Source: Balanoglossus misakiensis
Lineage: Eukaryota > Animalia > Hemichordata
Direction of reading: 5' to 3'
NCBI GenBank assembly: GCA_040954595.2
Contig: CM082597.2
Coordinates: 2,650,165-2,714,164 of the forward strand
Length of the DNA stretch: 64,000 nucleotides
Part shown: positions 13,101 through 25,935 of the stretch, in pieces
How positions within the stretch are numbered: position 1 is the stretch's first letter
How the letters are laid out: each line of letters starts with the position of its first letter
Notes under the pieces: generated by a model
The model's input: only the letters and a program-made list of their open reading frames with translations
The model's database searches: none
What the model was told of the DNA's origin: nothing
Translations under genes and position numbers: made by a program

Positions 13101-14450
13101 TTAATGAGGTGATATTATAATTCTTGTTATGTGGCACACCAGGTCTTCTTGGCTTGTGTAGGCAGTCTTGCAGCCCTTGCAGTAGAAGGGAACTTCGGAA
13201 TTCTGGTGCCAGCTTGTGTGGAGGGTATACAGGACGACATCACTGAACTTCCAACCGCAGTACGTGCACTCGAAGCCACTACCAACATTCTTGGTTGGCT
13301 TCGCGGCGTTGACTTTCGAGCTGGCGGCGTCGCTGATTGTTTCCGGTGGGTGCTCGGACGTGGCCATGCGCGTGACGTGGCAGAAGAATTTGTCGCGTTG
13401 ACCGCAGTCCATCCGGCAGCCTTTGCATTTGAATGGTTCGGCTTCGCTGTGATGCCAACTGCTGTGCAGGGTGTGCTGCACGGAGTCGGTGAACTGGATG
13501 TCGCAGTGCTTGCACTGCAGGCGTTCGTCTTCCGCATAAGCGGGAGCCAGCCCCTGTTCCCGGGTCAACGCTACCTTCCCTCTGTCTCTGTGTTCCCCGG
13601 TCTGTGTGGAAATGGTGGACGACTTGGGTATTCCGTCCGGCTGCATGGACGAGTCGATTTCACAGTCTCGTTCTTCCTTGCATTGGCGAGCCGAATCCTC
13701 CAGGCCCGCTGCAGCTCTTCCCTTGTTTCTTCCTGACCGCAGCTGACATTCAGCCGAGAGATCCTTATTAGCGACCTCCTCATTTGTCTGACAGGCGTAC
13801 TCCTGCACCAGATTCTGCATCACAGACATCTCGTCATCGGCCAACCGTCGCAGATCTTCAAAGTCTGGATTGATCTCCAGGCCCTGCTTTTTCAGATCTC
13901 CCTCCTGCAGCATAGACGTGCTGCTTACCGTGACATCATCAGCCTTCTCCTCATGACCTTTACCCTCTGACCCCAAAGCATCACCTTCTGAGGGTACAGT
14001 GTTACCCTCATCCCTCCTCAGCGAGTAAACATTCAGTATTTTGGGGAGAAAGCAAGCCTCCTCGCCTTGCTGCCCCTCCTCCTCCTCCTCCATCTCCTCC
14101 TCTTCATCTTTTATTTGCACTTTCTTTTCTCCAGTGACTTTACCTTTAATCCCCTTAATGGTAGCCTCCAGTTTAGCTCTCTTGGTCTTGTCTCGGACAC
14201 TTGGCAGTCCGCTTCTCTTGAGTCCTTGTTGCCATGGAGACTCATTAACGCAATTAACTTCTTGTTGACCCCTCGGTGCTGAACCATCATCTTGGGGTTC
14301 AGAGGAAGATTCCTGACCTCCTTCACTGAAGACTTTGTTGTTCTGATCTAGATCTCTTTTGACATTATCAGATCCTTCATCACCTTGTTCATCACCACCT
14401 TTTTCTCCCTCTTCTCCATCTTCCATCTCGAGTTTGTGACTCAAATCGAG
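13101..14450 (-). CDS. Ikaros/Hunchback-like zinc-finger protein, last exon: acidic linker plus two tandem C-terminal dimerization zinc-finger (DZF-like) pairs
   Basis: Acceptor tttggcag|CTC, phase 0. The pattern CxxCxxxFxDxVxY/HTLHxxxH...PFxCxxC...FxxHI/VTR...H occurs twice and matches the Ikaros F5/F6 pattern. TAA stop at 13101-13103. Confidence 0.85.
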   Translation of the reverse strand, partial: LDLSHKLEMEDGEEGEKGGDEQGDEGSDNVKRDLDQNNKVFSEGGQESSSEPQDDGSAPRGQQEVNCVNESPWQQGLKRSGLPSVRDKTKRAKLEATIKGIKGKVTGEKKVQIKDEEEEMEEEEEGQQGEEACFLPKILNVYSLRRDEGNTVPSEGDALGSEGKGHEEKADDVTVSSTSMLQEGDLKKQGLEINPDFEDLRRLADDEMSVMQNLVQEYACQTNEEVANKDLSAECQLRSGRNKGRAAAGLEDSARQCKEERDCEIDSSMQPDGIPKSSTISTQTGEHRDRGKVALTREQGLAPAYAEDERLQCKHCDIQFTDSVQHTLHSSWHHSEAEPFKCKGCRMDCGQRDKFFCHVTRMATSEHPPETISDAASSKVNAAKPTKNVGSGFECTYCGWKFSDVVLYTLHTSWHQNSEVPFYCKGCKTAYTSQEDLVCHITRIIISPH

Positions 14451-14482
14451 CTGCCAAATCCAAACAGAAATCAGTAGTGAGT

Positions 14483-14520
14483 TGCAGTGAGGTCAGACCC
14501 ATGCAGTGAGGTCAGACCCA
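14483..14520. repeat. Perfect 19-bp tandem duplication (TGCAGTGAGGTCAGACCCA x2) in an intron
   Basis: Read directly from the sequence. Confidence 0.9.
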
Positions 14521-14800
14521 GTCACTCTCTGAGTGACATTCATGTCTTTTGTTTAAAAAAATAGAACTAAGGTCAGCAGACATAAATGGCAACAATAAAC
14601 TTAACTTGTACTTCATGTGTGTCGACTTCAAGGGCCATAACACATAAAGTTGTTACATTTCCTGCATATTCATCTAGCATAGATACATTGTAACATTCCT
14701 TGAATATGTTGAGACTTTGTAGCCATTAAATGCATGTACTGCAACATAATGCATGCAAGCAGTAGCATTATACTCTACTAGTAGTTTTTATGATACTTAC

Positions 14801-15769
14801 TGCTCGTGGATCAGGGTTACGTTGGTGAGTGGATTCTTCTGGCATCAGAAAGTCTGTTCTGAATGGCATGTTGAAGGGGTACAGAGGAATGACTATGTTA
14901 CAATTTGTAGTTTGTGCCAAAGTGGCAAAACCAACAGTGGTTGGGATGTCTTGTTTGCCTGTGATGAAGGGATTCAATTCTGCACTGCTGGAGTCTTGAC
15001 GCTGTTGGTTTGCTGCTGTAGTATCTGTTGTGTTTGGAGACGTTTCTGGATTTGACGCAGGGGTGGGGGAGACAGGGAAGTAAACAGGGATGTCTTTTAT
15101 GTGCGGGTGCTTGCGGCTGTAGTGAGCGTTGAGGAGCGTCTGGTTGCGGAAGCTGGCGTCGCACGCCCCACAACGGTACGGCCGTTCTCCAGAATGAACG
15201 CGGAGATGGTAGTCCAAGCCTTGCTTGGACGAGAGGAGTCTGCCACATATTTCACAAGTGAAGGGTTTCAACCCAACGTGCGTGCGCAAATGGTATTTAA
15301 GTCCGCTTGGCGTGGAGAAGTGGCGATCGCAGTGAGGGCAACGTACACGTTCGCATTCACGATACTCTCTCGGCCTCATTGATGAAGCGTCCACATTCAG
15401 TAAACCGGAAGTGTTGTCTTTCAATCTTGTCGGGGAGAAACTAATATGCAATGGAGCGCTGATGGAGGGAGGGCCGTTTGTTACACTCAGAGGACCGTGA
15501 GACGAAAGCGTCGCGGTCTGTGCTGGGCCTGTCGTTAGACTATCTTTCTTCCGGTGTGTTCGCTTGTGAGCAGTCAGTGTGCTATACCAACAGAAAGACC
15601 TGTCGCACATATTACACTTCAGAGGTTTCAAACCTTCATGCATCCACTCATGCTGCCTCAGGTACAACTCATTGGGACAAATTTTGTGGCAATACTGGCA
15701 TTCGTACTCATTGTTCGAATTCTTTTGTCTTTTCCTCGTCCAATATGGCCGCTCCCCAGTCACATTCAT
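14801..15769 (-). CDS. Ikaros/Hunchback-like zinc-finger protein, first coding exon with five C2H2 fingers (2+3)
   Basis: Acceptor tttctcag at 15780/15779, ACCATG start at 15769, fingers with GLKP/GERP linkers, donor GCA|gtaagt at 14801/14800 in phase with the next exon. Total about 772 aa. Confidence 0.85.
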
Positions 15770-17896
15770 GGTTCCAGCTCTGAGAAACAAAAACACAGAA
15801 TACAAAATTGCACTTTTCATACTGTACAGAAATACACTATAGAGTTATACTGCTTGTAAAATAAGGAGGCACCGTCATTAGTTGCATAAGCTGTAATACA
15901 TCCAAACAATATGCTTGTCAAGACTATCCATAATTATCATGAAAGGTAGCCATTAATTTTTCTCAATATGTCAAGTTATAAAACACTGTGTCCTGGTGAC
16001 TATAACATAGTTACGAAAATAGAATTGTTACCAGTAGTTATGAAGATTCCATACTGAAAAACACTGCTTCTGAAAACAAACTAATCCTGTGAACAAACGG
16101 AATACTAGTGCTGATTAGTGAACACTAAACAGAAATCTCATGGCCTGGCAAGATCTGGTACATTGAGATGAAATAGTAATAACAATACATTATGCATGGA
16201 TACATTATTTTATCATTCAGTAATTATACCAGCATAAATAACTTCACTAAAGTAAAAAAACGATGGCTGATGCAGCCTGTACATTTGTTAATGTGCTTCA
16301 CATACTAATAAGTGATAACAATGATATGCTAAATAACTCAGGGCTAACCCAGTTGAAAACTTAATTAGTTCCAATCTTTACTACAGGATAGAAAAAAATG
16401 TTTCACCCCAGCATGAAACAGAAAGTGACATAAAAATTTATAAGTTCATAACCAAAAGTAGTGTTGTTGTTTTTTAATTAGATGTGTACAAAATTGCCTG
16501 TAAAACAGTACTTGTATAACACCAAATGCCATGTATAATAAGATCATGTAATCTAAACACAAAATTCCAAGTAAACATAAATCTAAACCCTACAGTACTA
16601 AAACTGCCAAATTCTGATTACTTAGCTGTTATGAACTGTGGGAAAATATCATGAAGAGGTCAGAAGCAAGGCTGATATGGAATCTTTCCAACGCTTGCAT
16701 GTTTAACCTGATATGCCCCGAAATAGCACACTGCTTCTGTCAGGGATAATCTACTGCTTTCTCCAGTACTGTTTTTAGCCAGAGGTCTTTCACTTAAGAT
16801 CTGTGTTACTATTTTAATGTATTTTGTTTTTGAGAATACACAGAAAACACAGAATATTTTCGTCGACGTATTTGAATTTTAAATTTTGAATTGCTGTAAG
16901 TCAATGCATCATTTAATATTGGATTTTGGACATACATGAAACAAGTTTAATCTTTTTTTTATAAAAAATAGTTTTAAAATCCAGTAAAAACTTAAAAACC
17001 GAAATATATGCAAGTCTTACTTGAATTGCAATTATTTGCATATATTTGTAACTTCTGTGATCATATCCAAAAAGTCATCACTTTGATTGAATGAAATAAA
17101 TATATTCACAAAATTCCAGCTTTCATCTGTACATATTTCTGTTGAAAACTATAAAATTGTTCATAAATTTGCAATGCAAATTGCAATATTCAAATTTCCG
17201 AAATATTACATGCTTCTGACTGCATTAATAAGTTAACCTCGTCTGAAGATTACAAATGTAATAATTTTTTTTAAATTATTACAAAGAAAGTAATTTAACA
17301 AGTTCTCAGTTCATGAGACCAATAAATTATAACAGAATGATTACTATTTATGACAGTACGTCTAAAGAAAAAAAATATGCGTGAGGGGCCTGCTGAGGGC
17401 CCCACTTTTGTATTGTTACATTTTTTCTATTATTTTTTATGAAAAAAGAGGTTTTGACACGCCAGTAAAACATTAACAACACATTGTATTAATATTAACA
17501 ATCCTGTAATACAATGAGTAAGTCATCCGAGTTTTTGATTAAAGCGAATGTAAACATGTAGGGGCCCACTGCGAGTTTTTTTTTAGAGAGAGCCGGTTAT
17601 GCATCGCGTATACTTCGTTTTTGATAATATTTATACCTTTTTTATCAGTGCATGAATTAATTGCCACTGTCTGTCGTCATGACGACGCGCCACAATATGT
17701 ATCCCATACTGATTATGAGCAACATGAGAACACCATACTCTGTATCAGTTAAAAATAGATGTGTTTTTACGCACTTCCAACGGCAACAAGGCGTTTTTTG
17801 TCGCTAAAAAAATAATGGGGCACCCATTTCAAGAAAGCGCGGCGCGCACTGACTGCGCCTCTGCGCTGTGGATAATACAAAGAGGATTTCTCTTAC

Positions 17897-18060
17897 CTAT
17901 CAATGTGGTTCTTACTCTTGCTGCTCTGTAGAATGAGAGAGGTTCAGGTCTATCGATCTTTGAACCATTCATTCATTAATTGTTGTATAGGGGTTTCTTT
18001 CATATGGCACAGAGCCCAGATCGCTTCACACACAGCACACACAGGTCGAGTTCGCCCGCA
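17897..18060 (-). other. Probable 5'UTR first exon of the Ikaros-like gene
   Basis: Donor ATAG|gtaaga at 17897/17896; in-frame stops upstream in the main frame; neighbouring CpG-containing region. The 5' end is approximate. Confidence 0.5.
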
Positions 18061-18794
18061 GGTCACGAATAAAGTGTATATTGAATATACGAGGATCCTC
18101 GTACAAAGCCTTCTTTGTTAATTCTACAATTCGTTGTGTATCGCTTGTTTATCATCGTGTTCTTTATCAATAAGTGACATTTGTTATTGGTATTTAAACA
18201 TGAAATTGACAATCCATCCTTACAAATAGATGAAATGCATTAATTTTGCGATTGTATGTGTCTATCATTATTGTGCCCGAGCCTAATTTACAGTGGTGGC
18301 GCTGTTGAGTGAGAGCCAGCAGACACTTTTCGCGAATGCTGAACACAATCCCAACATGAGCTGCTATAGTTATTTATTTATCTGAACACTAGTGCACAGT
18401 AGCAGTGCGATAAGCCACGAAAATGTTTCATTACTGGCGCTGGTGGCGCTGTATGTTTCCCGCACGATTTCCAAAGCATCATCAAAGACAAAGTATCTCC
18501 ACAAACCAACATTATAACAAAGCAAAGTAGCTGACATTACTTTGGTGCCATCGAAAGTTCACATATATTGATTATATTTAAAAAACTTATCATAAAAAAA
18601 TAATCGTGGACACACGACATTCTGGCAGTTGGACGTGGTTTATTAAACAAATTTCAAGTTAATCTATGACTGCGCTTTAACGAAATCATTGATCATTCAG
18701 CTCAACTTAGCTAGCCTAGTCACGCAACCCTGCTTGTGGGTGTTGTGTGGTGGTTGTGATGATTATGATTATTATAGTGGTGGTGGTGGTGGTA

Positions 18795-18873
<79 letters not shown>

Positions 18874-18889
18874 CGATGATGATGATGAT
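18795..18889. repeat. (GAT)n microsatellite preceded by short (GGT)n
   Basis: Read directly; explains the poly-D/M/H/I spurious ORFs. Confidence 0.97.
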
Positions 18890-21800
18890 TCCTCGTGATG
18901 AAAATCGTATATTCAAATGTATGTTCAGTGGGATCAATCATTTGATTAGAACAGCCGGTTGTAACTCTTCCAACCCATCTACAGGATTGATGAAAATCGG
19001 GGCTGGTCCTCTCTCTCTTACACACACCATAATCGAGCGGGGTGGGGTCAGAATATCTCTCCAGATGTTACGCCGTCCTGCTAATCCGAGCCCGGAAAAA
19101 AGTTACCCCCGAATCAGAAATTGATTTATTTTTGAAAGATCCATTCTAAACAGCTCGCGCTTTATATAAAAAGAAGAAAAACCCGCAACTGCTGTATTAA
19201 TTTTGCTCGCCCACCAACTGTTTCCAAGCAATTGGACGCGTTAATCCGATCAGAAGGGAATCTCTCCGGCTCGTTAATGGGTCTTTTTTGAAAAATAAAC
19301 AGACCGTTTGGAAAGGGATTAGTGGAAAGAATAAAATATGATGGAGAAAAGGTTAGCGGTTACCGTGGTGACGGTATCATCCTGATTGCAAGGGCCGTTT
19401 GTCACCCAGGGAGAACTAAACGACAGAAAAGAAGCGCGGTGACCTGGACTGTTCTCGAAAGATTGTCCGCAAATGAAAGGGGGAAATGGCTGTAATCATG
19501 AGACGGCAGTTTAAACCGTCAAAGTTGCCAACTTTTGACATTATTTTCGTTATTTTCGTTCCATTTGTTGCGCTATCGATGTCTAGTAGAATTCTTCCAT
19601 CGCCATATTGCCTTGGTTTTGACCAAATTTAAAACTGGTCGCTGAATGACGTCTGAATTCAAGATGACTGTCACCATGAAAACAATGCAAATTTTGCTGG
19701 TTATTTTAAATATTAGGCTGCATGAAATATTTACTACCATTTTCCTCCGCCAAACGGCAACAGAAACTGCGCTTGCGTGACCTTTGCATTACTGAAGTGA
19801 GTGTAATAATATGAAAGGATCTAGCTGAACGACGTATTGCTGTTACAATGTATACATAACAGTAAACACTTATCAACACTTATTATCACATCATTCCGTG
19901 TACATATGATATCAAAAACATAGCTCATGGGTCCTGTACGACCTAGAAACGCAGTGGACGACCGCCTGCCTGTCACGTGCCCAGGCTGCAAGTAGACCAT
20001 TTTCTGAACTCACGAGACCCTACGAGATCTCGCATGTCTAGGCAGTTTATGCGTTGGGAAGACATTCCCACGTGACTCATGCAAACAACACATGATCCAT
20101 CGTGTCAAACGGCATTGAAGTTATTTTTTAAACCCCGCATCTAATTTTATGTTTTATAAAATGATTAAATGAGTCATATAGTGTCATTTGCATGACAACA
20201 ACACCCTGGCTGTGATACCGGTATTTTCCACGGAACGTGATTTTAGATCGACAGCTAGAATTATCTCATTGTTGACGGTCTTGTAAAAGACACTATGGAT
20301 TTGTTTGTCTTCCGTTCGCCAGCCTGGACTTTCTATGGAAAGATTTTGTCAAGTTAATCACATCTCGAAATTTGTTTCAACTATCTCAGATTTCATGTTC
20401 AAGCATCTGGTGTCTTTTCATGTACATGTACCTCAGTCGAAATTGTAATAAAATAGCGCCAAGGACACTGTGCTCACATTTGGTCAAATTTGAATTGAAG
20501 CTTGAAAAACGGTGGTATTTTTCACTTCCACTTTTCGCATGATTGATTTACGGGATCATATTTTAAGAAGACATCATTACATGGGATAATATTCATATAA
20601 TATAACGATCATTAATTAACGATGTTTAACTTGAGTCGGAATCTTTCTGTTTTTGGCATTTAATACTCTTCTTTACAATAACTGCTGTTTACACCATCAA
20701 TGTCAACAAAGTAGTAATTTTTTATCCCTCTGTCTACACATATTTCCTCAATCGCAGGAGACCAAAAACAACCAATAATTTTTAGTTTAATAGATAAAAT
20801 ATTTGCCACTGAAAGTTTACCCCGACAATGCTCATTTTGTTGAAACTAACTCGGCAGTTTTTCATATTGAAAAGATAGTGTGCGCCATATTGTTTTAACA
20901 GAGGACATAAATCAGCATTAGTGTTTTTAATACCGGTAAAAGATGAATCAGGCATGCGTTCCCCTGTAATGTTTCCATGGCGACCAAATGTAACGATGAA
21001 ATAACCAGTAGGCTAATAAAATATTTCTCTCGTTATAAAATATGAATTTTTGGTTCATAATTCAGTTTTGTTCTAGTATTATGTTGCAAACCGCTGAAAT
21101 GAATTCGTTTTAGAATTCGAAGGACATTTTTGTATCCTCGCGGGAAATTGTGAAAAACAGTTTCAAACCCGTAGTCTCTTGTTTAAAATCATGCCATAAA
21201 AACCTTGATACTATGGAATGGCTCTTATATTTCATGGAGTAAAAGAAATTCAGTGTTCGAGGGTGTTTTTTATGGTTTTCTAATGATCCTTGTATTTTTG
21301 CAGATCCATAAATTAAACCTAGGTTTTTACTTGCCTGTTTGGAAGGGAAAACGCAACGGCAAAACATTTGAAAAATATTCCAATATTATACAGAATAATA
21401 CCAAAATGCACACTGAAAATGTACCAAAAGTGTTGATATCAAATATAATAAAAATACCCAAAACATCTAATACTGAACAATACCCAAATTATAAAAATAC
21501 AGGCGGTCAAAAACCTTGCCAATATCACACAGTCCCAGTGAGGTCAAAATCCGTGTGGAAAAAGGCAGAAAACGACTGAAGCTGTTTTCAAAAGCGATAT
21601 GCCAAGCTGAGCTATGTGTCAGATAATTGTGTTATTGAAAAGGGGGTTATTCGAAAACACCACAGACAGCCACGTGTGGCATGAGCTGCTTATTAGCCCA
21701 GATTTTGGCACATTCACCGATTTATTTTTTCTTCCTTACAAAAAAATGACGGGGAGGAATTATGCAGTAGGGTCACAATGGGTGACGTCAAAACTGATGA

Positions 21801-23974
21801 CGTCACAATTAAGTAACCCCGCGTCACTGCCGGCGTCACCCCATCAAAAAATAATGAAAAAAGTGTCGCTTTTTCAGGGTATTAGGATCAATAATCGTTT
21901 TGATTCATAAACACACCATATCGTAACAATCCTGCTTGCTCCCTGAAACAAATCTTTTGTCTTTCATTCAGTGATGGTGATGACAGGAGTCTGTCGGTTT
22001 AGTACCCTACCTTGCCCTTAGTCAAGTCACATTATTTTTCCCCAACTGTTGCTTCAAAAACTTATGTGACATTTTTTCTAGTTGTCAAGTGGATTGTACT
22101 TCAGCCCCTTCCAAGTTAATCCCAAAATCAGCAACATGCTCATCATTAATTGGGCGTCCTTTAATTCTCTTTGTTTCCAGGTTGTCTGCACTTGTATCCC
22201 AGAACAACCACGTTGCCAGGCAACCCGACTGGACGTCTCTCTTCGGATCCGTCGGCACGTCACGTGAAGTGAGGGTAGACGGACTTATACGAGGTGAAGG
22301 CCCCGAATAAAAGGCGAATAGCCACGATGAACCACGAACCGGTAAGGGCACGCTAACAGAATCTCCTAGTTTAAATAAGCTTCCCCCCTGAACTCTTCAC
22401 AACATTGCAAAGTTTGGTTTTGTTTTTATCATGCCTGATCCAATTTTCATCCTAAACATAAAGAGATTACGCGGGACCAAATGCGTTATCAAATGAGGAA
22501 AATTCGTTTTCTTTAAACCTCTAAAACACACACTACACTCGTGATAATATCGTAACAGTCGCGCCGTTGACGCAAAACACCACTTGTTTACACGAGTTGT
22601 TTTTCAAAACACAAGCGCGCGCAGCTGAAACAAAATAAAATGAAATTTGTGAGATAGAAAATTTCAGGAGGTAAGAGGCAGAAAGCCGGGCCAAAACCCG
22701 ATGTTGTGTGTTTAATGGCGTTAGTGGAGTCAATATTGATACAGGAAGCCGTGTAGGGCTTTTGCATCCATCTGTGGCCTCTCGATCGATGATCTCTACA
22801 TCCCTAAGTAAACGCTGTAGAACAGCACTCTTGTGTTATTATAAAAACTACAAATACCCGAAATATGTTACAGCACTCGTGTGTCTTTTTAAAATCAATT
22901 CCTGAGAGCATATGTGAATAAGTTAGTGCCAATTATGGTTGCCATGTCTGTCTAAAGGTCATAGTTTCTGCCCATTGGGGCAAAATCGAGCATGTCTCGT
23001 TTTGAGACATTTAAAATAATTAATTTTTTTAAATTAAAGAAATCTGACGCACTTGATATACATGATAAACACACTTCAGGTGAACTCTATCCTCAAAAGG
23101 AAAAAAAAACGGGTACTGGAGAGAGAATTCGACCAGGCACGCAATGTGTAACGGAATCACCCCTGACGCGTATATGCACATTGCATGCTCAATTAGTTTC
23201 AGCGTGTAATTCATCGGAAAAAAACCGTTAAGTCTCCAGATAGACAGCATAATAACCGGCGAGCCTCTCGCCCGATTAAACACACACCAGGCCGTGCAGT
23301 TTTTCGCAGCCAAACTGTGCGTAATATGGGCGGGTACTCACTAAGAAGTCTAAAATGTCGGCCACAATGACAGGGTCCTTTTAATACCCGCGTATAGAAT
23401 CAGATTGGGGTGAAGCAGCTGTGGTGTTGATGTGTTTTCATTGTGGCAGTTGAATAGCCTAGGCAAATAAAATACGAGCGGCGTACTGCCCGCCATTGCT
23501 TGTACTTCGCTTGTTCGACAGCATGTTACCCCTAATCGCCCGCCGAGGATTTTCTTTCCCTAGAAAGTCTAAATTGCCAGGCGGCAATATATTTTATTAT
23601 TGTTGTTTTTCGCTTTGAAAAGAAAACGTTCATTCCGTTGGAGCGATTATCGTCGTCGGCTGAGAAAATATTGCTTTGAATACTTTGTGGTGTGACGGAA
23701 CGGTCTTGGAAAAAAATGTGAACGGTTGATATTGTGGGTTTAATGTTTCACGCAGAGAGAGATAGAGGGAGGGGGAGAGAGGGAAAGGAGAGATGGATAG
23801 AGAGAGACAGAGACGGAGATATTGCTTTATACAAACGATATTTAATATCTAAAAAGAGATAGTTCTGACTGATTGACTATTTTGGTAAACAACTAAACTT
23901 AAGGGAGATGGATTGTAACAAGTGGCGAGTGGTCGCGTGGATGGATAGATGAGACGATGGACGGACAAACGAGC

Positions 23975-24070
23975 GAATGAATGAATGAATGAATAAATGA
24001 ATGAATGAACGAACGAACGAACGAACGAGTATATGTAGGAATGAATGAATGGATGAATGAATGAATGAAC
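23975..24070. repeat. (GAAT)n/(GAAC)n compound microsatellite
   Basis: Read directly. Confidence 0.92.
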
Positions 24071-24714
24071 GAGCAATCAGGTCTCTTCCGTAGGGATAGT
24101 TTTCTCTTGAGACACATCAAACGATTTTTAAATGCCCAATGGATGCAATGGGTGCAGGATTATGTCGCTTTTTTAAGGTTCGTCCCTGCTGTTTTTAAGC
24201 TTATCGGATTTGTAATCCCGCAATGAAAGACGTTGGTTTGGCATCGTTGTCATCTGGTGTAGCGCAAACAATTCGCCTAGAGGGAGATTTCTTCACCATA
24301 CAGTTATGTCGAGATCATGGAAAAAATAACAGTGTGAATCGACATTTGTCACGATTTCTAAATGGCCGCCGCGTGGACCGTCCGTTACTTATGCACACAG
24401 AGCATGCGCGGAGAGTGTTGTTATACCCGGATGACGCTCACTGCCACCAAGGCGATTATTGTTCCGTTATCCATTTTATGTATTATAGAGTAAGGTAAAC
24501 AGGCCCATCACAGCAGATCAGGCATGCGCTGTTGTTTCTAAAAATAAAGAGAAATCTGCCTTGCTAGCTTTTACGAGTGCTGATGTGGTAGTGGATAACA
24601 TCAGCTGGCGCGCACAAGAATCATTGGACTCGAATTTACTAAATTTAGATTTGGAAATGCTGTATGTTTTATTGAAGCCATATTTAAAAAATAATTGAAA
24701 GAGTTCGCATTGAC

Positions 24715-24886
24715 ATGTATGTATGTATGTATGTATGTATGTATGTATGTATGTATGTATGTATGTATGTATGTATGTATGTATGTATGTATGCATGTAT
24801 GCATGTATGCATGTATGTATGTATGTATGTATGTATGTATGTATGTATGTATGTATGTATGTATGTATGTATGTATGTATGTATGT
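24715..24886. repeat. (ATGT)n microsatellite followed by short (CT)n
   Basis: Read directly. Confidence 0.97.
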
Positions 24887-25935
24887 CTCTCTCTCTCACT
24901 GCCTCTCTGTCTCTCGGTCTGCATACATGTATGCGATAGCTATAGCTGGGTACGAAAGTCATAATTACAATTGTCGTCCACGCCTTTTATCATATTTATT
25001 TGGCAGCGATATACTCAATTTACTGGGCGCACTAATAAATCAGTCAATTTTTGGTTAATAAAGTACGGGCAACCTAATAATTAATATATTTTCTAACGAC
25101 ACGTATGGTGTCAAAAATAGTTTCCATTGTGTCAGGGACATCCACAGGTGGGAGTAACTATCAGAAGTTAGAATTTATTAGTTTTCTACTAAACTAATTT
25201 TCCCATGCCACGAACTAGTACGTGTCCCAAGCCAGGAACACCGGCGAATTGCATTCTGGTCCCACAAGGTGTTACATGTCATTTTTGGCGCGTTTTCTCT
25301 GTTAATTGTCGGTCCGTTAAAAATACAACTTTGAGACGAACAAAGGGACCGAGTCGAGATTTATTGATTTGGCCTCCGGGGGTGACACGCCCCAAGCTGC
25401 CGCAAATGTTGCAGAGACTTTACGTGTTTTTTTCTCTCCAATCTCTCCCTCCTCCACTTTCTTCATCCGACACGTGTATTCACTGGGATCAGCCAAGCGT
25501 TATTTCCGAAATAGCACCGCTATTTTTGTAATGGCGAATTAATGTATTGTCATTGTCGCCGACAGGATGGCACGATGTCAAAGCCCCACAACGATAACTC
25601 TATTTCCCGCGCAAACAATACACATGGTACATGAGCCTTTAATGCATTTTTCAACATTGGTTTTGAGGCGACATATGTTAAGACGATCGATATGCAGGGA
25701 GTGTATTTAGAGAAGGGCACAGACTCGGAATAGCATGACGAATCGAGAAAAGTAATCAACATACTGTGGTATACACCACACTGGGATGACTTGCATTGCC
25801 TGTAGTTAATTAGGTTGTACCGTTAATTACGTTGTACCGTAGGAACATTCTCTTCTATGGAGAAATTAATGTGGGTTCCAATGTCCGTTGCTGAGACTTG
25901 GTGTCACAAGCTCAGCTCACGTTTAAAACAAGTTA

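Noticed and set aside
13101-15769. Assigning the symbol IKZF1, IKZF5 or hunchback
   Set aside because: The N-terminal fingers (2+3 arrangement and helix residues) do not match the Ikaros or Hunchback arrays I recall. Orthology needs a phylogeny.
18689-19124. Poly-D/H/M/I ORFs
   Set aside because: They are translations of the (GAT)n microsatellite.
24518-25058. MYVC/HTYI repeat ORFs (also 43464-43939)
   Set aside because: They are tetranucleotide microsatellite translations.
25805-25842. 17-bp tandem duplication GTTAATTA(G/C)GTTGTACC
   Set aside because: It looks like an ordinary slippage duplication with no further structure.
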